Of a DNA stretch of 64,000 nucleotides, positions 1 to 11,534 are shown piece by piece. Positions within the stretch are counted from its first letter, which is position 1, and the number at the start of each line of letters is the position of its first letter. The notes beneath the pieces were generated by a model. It did not search any database. It saw nothing but the letters and a program-made list of their open reading frames with translations, and was not told the origin of the DNA. Source of the DNA: Octopus vulgaris. Its lineage: Eukaryota. The stretch spans positions 47,926,001 through 47,990,000 of the forward strand of contig OX597816.1 of assembly GCA_951406725.2 (NCBI GenBank), written 5' to 3'. The position numbers were made by a program, and so were the translations under genes.

Positions 1-589
1 TTATTTCTTTTTTTTCCTTTCATGATAGAAATATTTTTATTGATGCTAGAATGGTACTAATTGTTAACTTTTAAAAGTGATTGAATTAAAGAAGTCTGCC
101 AGTAAACTCAAAAAGATATTTCTTTTTGCAAAGCAAGTATTATTTTTATTTAAAATGCTGCTAGGGACAGACATTGCCATTCCACTTTTTTGAAAGAATA
201 AACTAAGAACTAATAATACATTGGTATTAACTGAATCAGCAATAACTCCAACCTTAAAAATAATTCCCATGCCAACAGAAATCTTTATTACTGTGTTCTG
301 TCACTTGAAAAGACAATGGTATATGAAATTTTCTTTTTTTTTTTTCTATAGATTCTAGAATTATTTTGCATAGCTGAAACGTCCGCCAATAAAGATACAA
401 AGCACAGAAATAGGTTATATTTGATATTCTTGAATGAATTATTTATTTTCTTTGTGTGTGAAATATGACACTTAGCTCTTCTCTCTTTACAGTTGTCCTT
501 GTCATCAAACATCTTTTGCCCCTAATAAAGCATCATAATATACCAGGAAATTTGAATAAATAGAAACATCTTTGATATGAAAATATTTG

Positions 590-890
590 CAAGTTTGGGG
601 TCAGTAACACTCTGCCTGGTGATGTGTTTGGTTTTAAGGAGGAACCTTTATGTCAAGCAAGTTTGTGTTCAGTCCAAGCTTGTGTTACAAAGCTTGTCAA
701 CTGATAGCTGCTGTAAATTTCAGCCTGATTGTGCTGATTTGCAAATTGGATCAAGGAATGGAACGATCATGAGACATCTGTGTGCCATTGAATTCAAGTG
801 ACAAAAGCTTGTACAACACTTTGCCACTCTTTCAGTCACCATAGCACGTTCTAGTGATCAGTAGTGTAACCAGCTTCCAAAGATACAGGG
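590..890 (-). mobile_element. Possible degenerate mariner-type transposon 5' fragment
   Basis: Minus strand reads ...gctgaaatttacagcagcta... (AEIY..) and ggcagagtgttactgac (RQSVTD-like), resembling the mariner N-terminal HTH region. It is frameshifted and weak. Confidence 0.3.
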
Positions 891-949
891 AGTGAGTACA
901 TAAATAAAAGAGCCACAGTGACACATACCCAACAATTTTTAACTCAATT

Positions 950-1175
950 CTCTTATATTACAGGGAATATTTCATTAACAATTGCAGCGTGGAAGGTCGC
1001 GGTCTTATAGCGACGAAAATATTTTGACAAATTAAACTTAAATGTTGAAGTGAATGGAACGGCTTTTGTGTGTTTCTTAAATGGCTTACAAACACCTTCC
1101 ACGCTGCAATTGTTTTCGTTCCAGCACACGATCTCAGATCAAATCACTTGCTATGCAAGTACCTCTCCGTAATAT
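950..1175 (+). mobile_element. Penelope-like pseudo-LTR fragment with short inverted arm (family P1)
   Basis: aacaattgcagcgtggaagg (~977-996) is inverted at ~1095-1114. The 3' half of a hammerhead-like motif, gtcgc-ggtcttata-gcgac-GAAA-atattt-tgacaa, lies at 996-1030. Homologous to 27345-27668 and 34423-34560. Confidence 0.6.
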
Positions 1176-1260
1176 TTAATTAGTTATGATATATGTAAAT
1201 TTATTCTACATTCATTAATTTCACTTTTCAGTAACAATGTCATTATGTATGAAACATACA

Positions 1261-1495
1261 AAGGCAGCGAGCTGGCAGAAACGTTAGCATGCCGGGTGAA
1301 ATGCTTAGCGGTATTTCGTCTGTCTTTACGTTCTGAGTTCAAATTCCGCTGAGGTCAACTTTACCTTTCATCCTTTTGGGGTCGATAAATTAAGTACCAG
1401 TTACGCACTGGGGTCGATGTAATCGACTTAATCCGTTTGTCTGTCCTTGTTTGTCCCCTCTGTGTTTAGCCCCTTGTGGGTAGTAAAGAAATAGG
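1261..1495 (+). mobile_element. tRNA-derived SINE, family B (Meta/MESC-like central domain)
   Basis: Head aaggcagcgagctggcagaaacgttagc, B-box gagttcaaattcc and core cctttcatccttttggggtcgataaattaagtaccag. Many copies in the window. Confidence 0.85.
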
Positions 1496-2189
1496 TATGA
1501 AACTTACAACTACTGATATAGGTGTGATGTGAAAAAGATGAAGCTCCACTGGATTGTCCAGTGTTGGAAGGTTACGATGTCAAGGTTTGTTTTGGCTCTT
1601 TAGATGTCAGTGACTGCTAACACATCACAGGAAATTGGGCAGACAGTTCAAAAACATGGGAAGTCAGTTGCAATAAAGTAATGGTTTAGAAGGCCATGTG
1701 ATTGACAAATAAAAAGAGATTTGATTTTTATTGCACAAGTGAATTAAAGAGTTTAAAAAATTGGTGAAAAAGCACCAATTTTGAAAAAAGTTGCTTATGG
1801 GAAGTGGCTTCTCACCCTTGATCTCCTAATTGCAACACCACTACCAGTGACAACCATTGTAAGATGATTGGTACAATTTTGACTGCAAATTTTATGTTAG
1901 AGTATCTTTGGCAAAAAACAAAAAAAAAACGAGATTCATTTACCCCTGAGAAATATATTTAACCCATAAATAAGGCCATGACAGGTACTCCTGTTCCAGT
2001 CAGAATGGGCCTAGGAGTAATGATAATTAAGAGGCATCGCCACACTCTCCACAACTCCAGAACTTCTGAACTGGACCCTCAATCCAGTTACAGTTTAATG
2101 TTACACCCAATATATATATATATATATGTGTGTGTGTATATATATATCATCATCATCATCGTTTTACGTCCACTTTCCAAATATTCTGA

Positions 2190-2446
2190 CTATATGCCTG
2201 TGCACACCTTTGAATGCGGTGTATGCCAGAAGGTTTGCCAATCTAATGGAGGCCTCAAAAGACATGTTAAGATCCACAAAGAGCAGGACTTTTCTGCAGG
2301 TTTTGGTGGTCCAAATCAGAGGTGCAATCTATGTGGGTGTCTTTTCAGAACATTGTCTGGTTTAAAAAGCCACATCAGACGCCATGATGGTGGTAAGGTG
2401 TAGGTACAGGAGGTGGTCAAAATCTGTATAAGTAGACAACCACCAT
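2190..2446 (+). mobile_element. 5'-truncated RTE-type LINE 3' end encoding two C2H2 zinc fingers
   Basis: FECGVCQKVCQSNGGLKRHVKIH and RCNLCGCLFRTLSGLKSHIRRH, stop at 2403, a short 3' UTR stem ggtggt...accacc, then a microsatellite tail. No TGEKP linker. Confidence 0.65.
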
Positions 2447-2573
2447 GTATATATATACACACACATGCACACACTCATACATACATACATGCATACATAC
2501 ATAACATACATGCATATATATACACACACACATGCATACATTATATACATACGCACATACATACATACATACA

Positions 2574-2606
<33 letters not shown>

Positions 2607-2613
2607 GTATACA

Positions 2614-2675
<62 letters not shown>
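2447..2675. repeat. (TACA)n/(TA)n microsatellite
   Basis: Direct inspection. Confidence 0.95.
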
Positions 2676-2677
<2 letters not shown>

Positions 2678-3477
2678 ATATTACTATACAATGAAATTAA
2701 CCATATATATAATTTTGTTGTCATATTCAATTTTCTTGTATTTATATGCAAGCTTGTAGTTTTATCAAACTTTAGAATGTTACTGAAATCAATGAAAGAA
2801 TATTTGACAAAAGAATTGTATTGTTCTCTGAATTTTGAACTGAAAATTCATATTTATAGAGTAGTTTTTATTTCTAAAATAGGTGCAAGGTCTCAGATTT
2901 ATATGGGCAAGGAAATGGTGAGAGTTAGGATAATTATATATATCCCAAAAGCATGAAGGACAAATGTTAGGTGATATTTGGGTCACTGGCTTAGTTCAGT
3001 CTGAGTTTATCTTTGTTCGTAACTGTTATTTTATTCCTAGTCTTTTTAAGTATTATTTAACTGAATCAAACAATACAACTAGAAAAGCTATTGAAGTGAG
3101 CTTGAGGTTTATAGAAAACAATGGGACATTGTAATAGCCTGTGATGAAATATTAAAATTATGTATGTTTAAATAATCAGTTTTTGAACTTATTTTTATGG
3201 TTTAGTCAGAAAAGAAACAGCAGCACTTATGGTATGCTGAACTGGTAGGGGAACGGGAGATGAAAAAAATGGAGACTTGGTCTCAATACTTACAGTAGAG
3301 TGGACTCCACTGAAGGCATCAAAGAGCCAGATAATGTTAAACTGGATAATTTTGCGATACATAAGTTTAAACTGTAGTCAAAAGCCCAAAATTAAACATT
3401 AGTGAAAGTATAAATTCAGAAAAGTGAAAATATCCTTGGATAAAATGAGCTTTTTATCTTTTTCTATCTTCTACATA

Positions 3478-3707
3478 TCACAGTTATTGGACTCAAGGTT
3501 TAGTTGAACAAGTAATGTCCAGTGCTTATTTTCTTATCAAATGCTGATACTTATTCTATCAGTCACTTTTGGTGAACTGCTAAGTTACGGGAATGTAAAC
3601 AAACACCACTGGTTGTCATGCAATGGCTGGGGACAAACACAGCACAAAGACAGACACACATTGATATATACATACTTATACATATATGTATACATAGATA
3701 TACATAC

Positions 3708-3780
<73 letters not shown>

Positions 3781-4355
3781 CTCCTTTGAGTTTCTTTGCC
3801 CTAGGAGTCGGGAAGACACTCGGCAAGAAATGGAAGCAAATTTGAAAGAAGAAAAAAAAAATAATAATAATAAAAATGATGATGATGATGATGATGAGGA
3901 TGATGATGATGACAATGATGATGATGATTATGATGAAAATGATGATGATGATGATGACAATGACGACGACGATAGTGATGACAACGGCGATGACGACGAC
4001 AACGATGACGATGATGAGGATATTAATAATAATATTGATGACAACAACAATGGCGACGAGAATTATGATGATGATGATGATTGTTATTTGCTTTTTTAGC
4101 CACAAATAATTAAAAAAAAATATACAGAAAAATATATAATGTTCACTAGAGTATTCGTAAAGAAAGGAATAGGGAGTACATGGCTGATATATATATATAT
4201 ATGATGGGATTCTTTCTGTTTCTGTTACAAAATCAACTCGCAAGCATTTGGTCATCCCAGGGATAGAGCAGAAGATACTTTCCTAAAGTGTCACACTGTG
4301 GGGCTGAACTCAAGACCACTAAGTTGGGAAGCAAGATTCTGAACCTCACTGTCAC
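3478..4355 (-). mobile_element. Old family A SINE split by an expanded compound microsatellite
   Basis: SINE 3' part at ~3478-3670 and head at ~4200-4355. (TA)n, (TAA)n and (GAT)n lie between them. Confidence 0.65.
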
Positions 4356-4598
4356 ATTTTTAAATACCTAATTGCTTTCAGTTCATGAATAAGAGGCTTG
4401 AACTAATCCAATGGGATACCTTCACTTTTTAATCTTGGAACATCATAAACTGAAGCAAAGGTGGGAAAAAAAAAACTCTGTGCCAATGGATTGTGAGGGC
4501 CACTTGGAATCTAAGAGTGAAAACGATAAGGAGATATTTTCCTTAGTGTTGATAAAGAAATAGTTTCAGGCCTAGGCAGTAAATTTCTAGGGTTTCCT

Positions 4599-4658
<60 letters not shown>

Positions 4659-4660
4659 TG

Positions 4661-4714
<54 letters not shown>

Positions 4715-4724
4715 ATCCCTTAAA

Positions 4725-5210
4725 ACAGAAAACATTAATGAGATTAATGTGGTTGATTTTCAACTTGAACTTCTGCAGGTCAATGTTTTTAGGGAAAATA
4801 TGGAGTGGGCAGAAGATCTTGGAGATTACAGTTCCAATGGGGAAAAGAATGAATGTGTTTAGTAGAGGGGTGACTGAATTGTGAGATACAGAAGAAATGA
4901 GAGGAAGAGAAAGACAGAAGCATTAAGAAATATTTTGATGGGTGAAGTACATGTGATAATTCAAAGGAGGGAGGAAGGTGTTATAAAAATGGCAGAAGAG
5001 TGAGGGAGAGAGAGAGAGAGAGGGATATGATTCAGTGCATCTGTGACTTTGTGGTTTTGGGTATGGTTCTTCGTGTTATATTTGAAGTGTATAAGGTTAA
5101 TAGTTGGTGAGAATATCTGGACAGGAAAAATTGCCAGAGTAATGCCATTTAGTGATGAAAGATTGCATATTTTGCTTTAGTGCTGAAGTTAAGAATTAAG
5201 ATAGAGAGTG
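4725..5210 (-). mobile_element. Degenerate CR1/Jockey-type LINE 3' end
   Basis: Minus strand ends ...LPTPYF/IFPKNIDLQKFKLKINH, resembling the WN.LP..IFP...DLQ.FK..IN C-terminus of CR1-like ORF2. Heavily mutated. Confidence 0.45.
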
Positions 5211-5237
5211 CATGGCAAAAACTGAACAAACAGATAT

Positions 5238-5239
5238 AC

Positions 5240-5270
<31 letters not shown>

Positions 5271-5330
5271 TGTATGTATGTATGTATGTATGTATGTATG
5301 TATGTATGTATGTATGTATGTATGTATGTA

Positions 5331-5361
<31 letters not shown>

Positions 5362-5439
5362 ATGTATCTATCTATCTATATGTATATATGCATGTTTGTG
5401 TGCATGTATTTGTGTGTATGTATGTGTATATATATATAC

Positions 5440-5472
<33 letters not shown>

Positions 5473-5566
5473 TTTTAGATATAGATAAAGATATTTATTA
5501 TGTATGTATATAAATATATATATTTATATACATATATATATACATACACATTATACATACATACAT

Positions 5567-5634
<68 letters not shown>

Positions 5635-5645
5635 ATATATATATA

Positions 5646-5698
<53 letters not shown>

Positions 5699-5878
5699 AT
5701 ATATTATATATATATATACATACATACGTATATATGTATACACACACACACACATGCATGTAAGAGATTTTGTAAGTATCCACTTTGCTTATACATATAT
5801 ATATATACATATATATATATTATACATATGTATATATATTTGTATGTGTATATATATACATATATAAATGTATATATA

Positions 5879-5916
<38 letters not shown>

Positions 5917-5955
5917 CATATGTATACACACACATACACACAAACACATCTATAT

Positions 5956-5992
<37 letters not shown>

Positions 5993-6030
5993 ACAGACAT
6001 ATGCACACACGTATATATATATTGCACACA
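5238..6030. repeat. Compound (TATG)n/(TA)n/(TG)n microsatellite block
   Basis: Direct inspection. Confidence 0.95.
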
Positions 6031-6371
6031 CATTGATGGTAGTTTGGGAATAATAGCTGGGTGAAAGTATTCTAATCAGATATTTTCCTCTAGTAGTATA
6101 CAGTATACTTTTTTTGACTTTTTGGCTTTTGTTTTGTGTAGCTGCGATGCATTGCAAGATTTCAGATATAAGAGAAGAGATATACATGAAAGCAACACAG
6201 CAATTAATGGTGTAACAGAACCTGTAGATCTGCTTGATCAGAAAGGTTTTGTCCAGTTTTGATGTTTAAGCCATAATACATTTTGTAGCTGGTGCTAACT
6301 ATGAGAAAATTTCCATTGATGTTCGGCAGAACTTTATGGGGCATCATTTAGCAAAAGAAAAAAGTATAAAA

Positions 6372-6406
<35 letters not shown>

Positions 6407-6803
6407 GGGAACATTTTTCTTTCTGTTTTTTCTTTTCTTTTTTTTTTCCTTTTTTGTCTTTTAGTTTGAAGACCACAAAATATAAATGTTTAAGTCAACT
6501 GTTTGTTTTATTGATTTTTGGATTAAAGTGTTGCAGATGTTATGCCGGAGGAATTATATTTGAAGAAAGACTGTTAAAAAGAGCTGCAGCAACTTAAAAT
6601 AAATAAATAAATAAATAAATAAATAAATAGAATGAAAATAAAATATACAAAAAAAAAAGACAACAACAGCTGCATAAATTGGGAGCCAGTGAGTTTTCTT
6701 GTTGGTATCTACATATGCTATTGAAATATAAATGTCCATTGCTTGAATCAACAGAATTATAGAAATTGCTATATATAGAATGTTATGATTGGTTTTCTCA
6801 TAT

Positions 6804-6847
<44 letters not shown>

Positions 6848-7023
6848 AAAATAATTAAAAGGGCGGGCAACAGGCTGCTTCGCCGCATACTGAATATATA
6901 TATATTCATAAATACACATATTTATGTATATATGTGTGTGTATACATGCCTACGTATATATATATATATATTCATACACACACATATTTATGTATATATG
7001 TGTGTGTGTACATACATACATAC

Positions 7024-7060
<37 letters not shown>

Positions 7061-7829
7061 TACGAAAAATTATAAGATATAAAAATATCTTACTTTCTTT
7101 ATATAAAGCCTAAGAAGTTGAAATCATTGACACAAATGACTATAAGCTGGAGATAGACGTCCTTTTATAGAACACTTTGGAGGGATGAGAAAAATGATTT
7201 TGTTTTTGTGGGGAGAGGAAGCTAGTCTGTTTACAGTTAACTTTCCCTGCAGATGGAACTCAGTTTATAATTATAACTGACAGTCATCAGTTTTAGGGTA
7301 CTGTCATCACTAACAGCAGAGAGATTTTCCAACCCTGTATCTAGTTAGTGGACTTAGTCATTTGATCAGTAACAATGTTTATAACAAGGAACAGCATGGT
7401 TCATGATCTGGCAACAGAACCTAAATTAATTGTATATATTGTCTAACCCCATGTTGGCCCTAATGGAACATCTGAACAATAGAGTTCTTTGTTGAAAGCT
7501 TCCTATGGAGTTATCACTACCTCACTACATTTATACTAGTGAGAATGTCAAATATCACAACTCACATGAAACAAAAACCACAAAGTACTTTGTTCAAAAT
7601 CATGCTTTTAATGATTCTTTGACTCATGTTCACATATTTTGCTGATAAACATCACCAAAAGATATACATACCATATTTTCTGGTACACAAGTCAAATTTT
7701 TCAGACCAAAATTTACTGTCAAGAAAGGTAGGAATACTTACACTAAAACAAATTTGGGGGACTGAAAATTCCATATGAAAAGCAGCAGGATTTTGAAAGA
7801 TTATGACAATATTTTGGTATATTTTTATA

Positions 7830-8243
7830 GGTCAGGCATTACTGTGTGGTAAGAAGTTTGCTTTTTAATGACTTGGTTCCAGGTTCAGTCCCACTGCATG
7901 GCATCTTGAGCAAGTGACTTCAGTGATAGCCTTGGGCTGACCAAAGCCTTGAGTGGATTTGGTACATAGAAACAGAAAAGCCCATCATGTGTGTGTGTGT
8001 GTGTGTGTTTCTGTGTGTGTGTGTTTCTGTGTGCGTGTGTCTGTCTTTGTCCCACCACCATCACTCAACAACAGGTGTGGGTGTGTTTATGTGTGTGTAA
8101 CTTAACAGTTCAGTAAAAAGAAACTGGTAGACTAGGCTTTAAAAAAAAGTTAGAAAACAAGCCCTAGAATCAGTTTGTTCAATGAAAACCCTTCAAGGCA
8201 GTGCCCCAGCATGGCCATAGTCTAATGACTGAAATAAAAGATA
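7830..8243 (+). mobile_element. tRNA-derived SINE, family A (CORE-like, octopus OR-type), diverged
   Basis: A-box-like ctgtgtggtaag, B-box ggttcagtccc, CORE-like cttgagcaagtgac, internal (TG)n and tail cagcatggccatagtctaatgactgaaa. Confidence 0.8.
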
Positions 8244-8335
8244 TCTGAATGTTTACTCTATGTCTTTACACCAGTGCTCCACAACTTTTTTTCACTTGCA
8301 GTACACATATTCTTTTCAAACATTTACAGTACATA

Positions 8336-8497
8336 GGCGCAGGAGTGGCTGTGTGGTAAATAGCTTGCTTACCAACCACATGGTTCTGGGTTCAATCCCA
8401 CTGCGTGGCACCTTGGGCAAGTGTCTTCTACTATAGCCTCGTGCCGACCAGAGCCTTGTGAGTGGATTTGGTAGATGGAAACTGAAAGAAGCCCATC

Positions 8498-8500
<3 letters not shown>
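8336..8500 (+). mobile_element. Family A SINE 5' half; 3' continuation at ~11330-11388
   Basis: ggcgcaggagtggctgtgtggtaa...ggttcaatccc...ttgggcaagtg...gaaactgaaagaagccc. The next SINE segment (tgtttgtcccccacaacatcgcttgacaac) resumes at ~11350. Confidence 0.85.
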
Positions 8501-8537
<37 letters not shown>

Positions 8538-8539
8538 AA

Positions 8540-11330
8540 TCCAAACGGGAAACAAAAAAACAACAACAATGGAACAATTACAGTATTATTATTAATAGGC
8601 GCTCAGGAAATGGAAGCAGGGAGGTATGACGTTTCGAGCGGAGCTCTTCGTCGGAAACATAAAGAAGGAAGAGAGAGGAAAGAAAGATCCCGGAGCGGGC
8701 AACGGAGATAGAGAAAAAAACGACTGGTGTTAGGAGTAGCACATGGTGAAAGGCGGATGTTTACGATAACAAGAGCAAAGTGGGTTTTTAAAGGCAAAAG
8801 AGTGGAGACAAGGTTGGTAACGCAACAGATGTGTGTGTATGTGTGAGTGTGTGCGTGTGCGTGTGTGTATGTGTGTGTGTGAGGCGAGGTAAAAAAACAA
8901 AAAATATATGTATGTGTTAGTGTGTGCGTCTGTGTGTAGGCGTGTGAGGTAGGGCGAGACGGTGGTCAGCATAGCAGCAGCATAGCAGACAAAGGTCAGT
9001 AGTAAGAAAAGGGAGGAAGGAGGAAGGGAGGGAGGGGAAGGGGTGGGGGCGTATGTAGCGTGCCAGCGTGTGTTGAGTAGTAGTGTGTGTGTGTGTCCAG
9101 TGTCGTGGTAGTATTAGTGGCGAGTAGATTGAATGTGTGTAAGAGTAATGTATATGTTTAAGCAATGTGTGTATATGTGTGCGCGTGTGTGTAACGAAAA
9201 AAAAAAGGGGGGGGGGTAGGAAAAGGACTCCAGCGGAGGGGAAGATGGAAGAGTGGTCCCGCGGAGACGGGCGTGGGAAAACCCAACGACAAGCGACATC
9301 CCAGGAACGGGCGGGAGGTCTCGTCGGGTCCAAGGGCGAGGTGCATGCGTGCGCGAACCGGCGCAAGCGCGTGTGTGCGCGCGCCTGCGAGTGTGCGCGT
9401 ACGTATGTGTGTGTGTGGATGTGTGAGTGTGTCTGTGTGTATGTCTGGGTGGCAGTGTGTCCGATGAATGTATGTGAGTATGTGTGTATATATGTGTGTG
9501 CATAGATGTATGTCCGTGTGTGTGTGTGTGTGTGTATGTGTATGAGTGTGTATGTATGTACGTGTGGGTGTGGGGAAGTGTGTGTATGTGCATGTGTGTG
9601 CGCGAACATACAGGTGTGTGAGTGAGTGCGTGTGTGTGTATGTATGTGTGAGTGTGTATGTATGTGTGTGTAGGATGCATGTATGTGTATGGGTGTATGT
9701 ATGCGTGTGTGTATGTATGTATGTGTACGTGCGTGTGTGTGTGTGTATGCGTGTAGGTGTGCGCGTGTGCATGCGTGCATGTATGTGCGTATGTGTGTGT
9801 GTGTGCATGTGTGTGGGTATATATGTGTGTGCGTATATGTGTGTGTATGTGCGTACATGTGTGTGTGTGCATGCATGTGTGTGTAGGTGTGTAGGCGTGT
9901 GTGTATAGGTGTATGTATGTAAGTATGTATGGGTGTGTCCGTGTATGTGTGTATGTATGTGTGTGTATGTAGCTGTGTGGGCGTGTGTATATGTGTGTGT
10001 ATGTAGGTGTGTGGGCGTGTGTATATAGGTGTATGTATGTATGTCTGGGTGTGTCCGTGCATGTTTGTGTGTGTGTGTGTATGCATGTGTATGTAGGTGT
10101 GTGTGTACGTGTGTAATGTATGTGTGTATGCGTGTGTATGCGTGCGTGTGTGTATGTAGGTGCGTGTGTATGTGTGTGGGAGTGTAGGTGTGTGTGTGCG
10201 TGTGCGTGTTTATGTTGGTGTGTGCGTATGTGAGTGTGAGTGTATGGGTGTTTGTCATGCATGTGTGTGCGCGTGCAGGTGAGTGTGTGTGTAAGTATGT
10301 GTGTGTGTATGTTTGTGTGAGTGTGTATGTGTGTATGTCTGTGTGTATGTATGTGCGTATAGGAGTATGTAGGTATGTGTGTGTGTATGTATATGGGTGT
10401 ATGTATATATGTGTGTGTGTGTGTGCATGTGTATAAGTATATGCGTGTGTGCGTATGTGTGTGTATGTGTATGTGTGTGTGTTTTTGTATGTGTGTATGT
10501 ATGTGTGTAGGCGTGAGTGTGTAGATGTATGTATGTATGGGTGTGTGTCAGTGTGTGTTTGTGTGTGTGTGTAGGTAGATGTGTGTGTCTGAGTGAGGGT
10601 ATGGCTGTGTAGGTGTGTGTGTGTATGAATGTAAGTGTGTGTGTATACAAGTGTAATGTATGTATGTAGGTGTGTGTGTGTGTGTATGTGTACGTGTGCG
10701 TGTGTATGTGTGTGTGTGTATGCGTGTGAGTGTGGGTGTATGGGTGTATGTCTGTGTGTGTGTATGTCTGAAGTGGGTATGTGTGTGTATGTATGTATGT
10801 GTGTGTGTGTGCGGGTATGTGTGTGTGTGTATGTGTGTGTGTGAGTAGGTGTGCGTGTATGTATGTGGGTAGGGATGCATGCGAGTGTGTGGGTATGTAT
10901 GCAAACATACGCATGCGCACATCCGAAGCAAGCCCACACACACGAAGCGCGCTCACGCACACAGCGCACAAGCAGTGCAACGCAAGCCCAAAGGGGCCGA
11001 CCGAGCCCCAGCGCGCGCCAAGGCGCGCGAGCGCAAAGGCCCTCGAACGCCCCGCTACGCGGGAACCGAGGATCCATCAGCCAAAACCGGAAAGCAGAAA
11101 AGAGGGGGGGCTGCCTGGATGCAAAAAGGTGTATGTGTGTGTGCATTCAGTGTACGGGTGTGCATGTGTGGGTATGTATGTATGTATGTGCCTACATGTA
11201 TGTGTGCATGTGTGTGTGTGTGAAGTATGTACGTGCGGTGTGTGTGTGTGAGTGTGTGTGTATGTATGTGCGTATGTATGTGTGTGTGTATGTGTGTAAT
11301 ATATATACATATATATGTATGTATGTGTGT
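8540..11330 (-). mobile_element. ~2.8 kb insertion with a Penelope-like pseudo-LTR end and a (TG)-rich degenerate body
   Basis: 8545-8730 is homologous to 56305-56490 and holds a hammerhead motif. The body is imperfect (TG/TATG)n with GC/CpG-rich islands at ~9230-9400 and ~10905-11130. It sits inside a SINE's internal microsatellite. Confidence 0.5.
8624..8658 (-). ncRNA. Minimal type I hammerhead ribozyme motif (U4C variant, GUC site)
   Basis: Minus strand: gttt-CCGACGA-a-gagc-tcc-gctc-GAAA-cg-TC-atac. Stem II has 4 bp, stem III is palindromic (ACGT) and stem I pairs at 3 of 4 positions. Confidence 0.65.
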
Positions 11331-11394
11331 GTATATGTTTGTGTGTCCATGTTTGTCCCCCACAACATCGCTTGACAACTGATGTTGAAGTGAT

Positions 11395-11515
11395 CACAGA
11401 GCTATGCGAGATTAAGTGTTTTGCTCAAGAACTCAACGCCCCACTCGGTGTGAGAATTGAAATCACAATCACTAGATTGTGAGTCCAACACCCTAACCAC
11501 TGGGTCATGGGCCCT
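11395..11515 (-). mobile_element. tRNA-derived SINE, family C, 5' fragment
   Basis: Reverse complement gives cagtggttagggtgttggactcacaatc...gatttcaattctc...ttcttgagcaaaacactt. Confidence 0.65.
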
Positions 11516-11534
11516 TATATATATATATATATAT

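Noticed and set aside
64-512. Short ORFs at the window start
   Set aside because: No recognisable motif; AT-rich chance ORFs or an unidentifiable decayed transposon.
1261-1350. SINE heads as tRNA genes
   Set aside because: A/B boxes are present but there is no full cloverleaf, and they continue into SINE bodies.
1978-2403. 141-aa ORF as a host C2H2 zinc-finger gene
   Set aside because: The N-terminal half runs through repeat and microsatellite sequence. The fingers lack TGEKP linkers and are followed by a LINE-like 3' tail.
2362-6187. Numerous YI/CV/HT-repeat ORFs here and throughout the window
   Set aside because: They are translations of microsatellites.
9225-11130. GC-rich islands as rRNA fragments or a CpG-island promoter
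   Set aside because: No conserved rRNA motif was recognised. The islands are short and lie inside an insertion within a SINE.
8917-11146. Long His/Thr-rich ORFs (389, 382 and 662 aa) on the minus strand
   Set aside because: (CA)-rich sequence lacks stop codons in all frames. The overlapping ORFs in three frames have no domain, so they are not genes.
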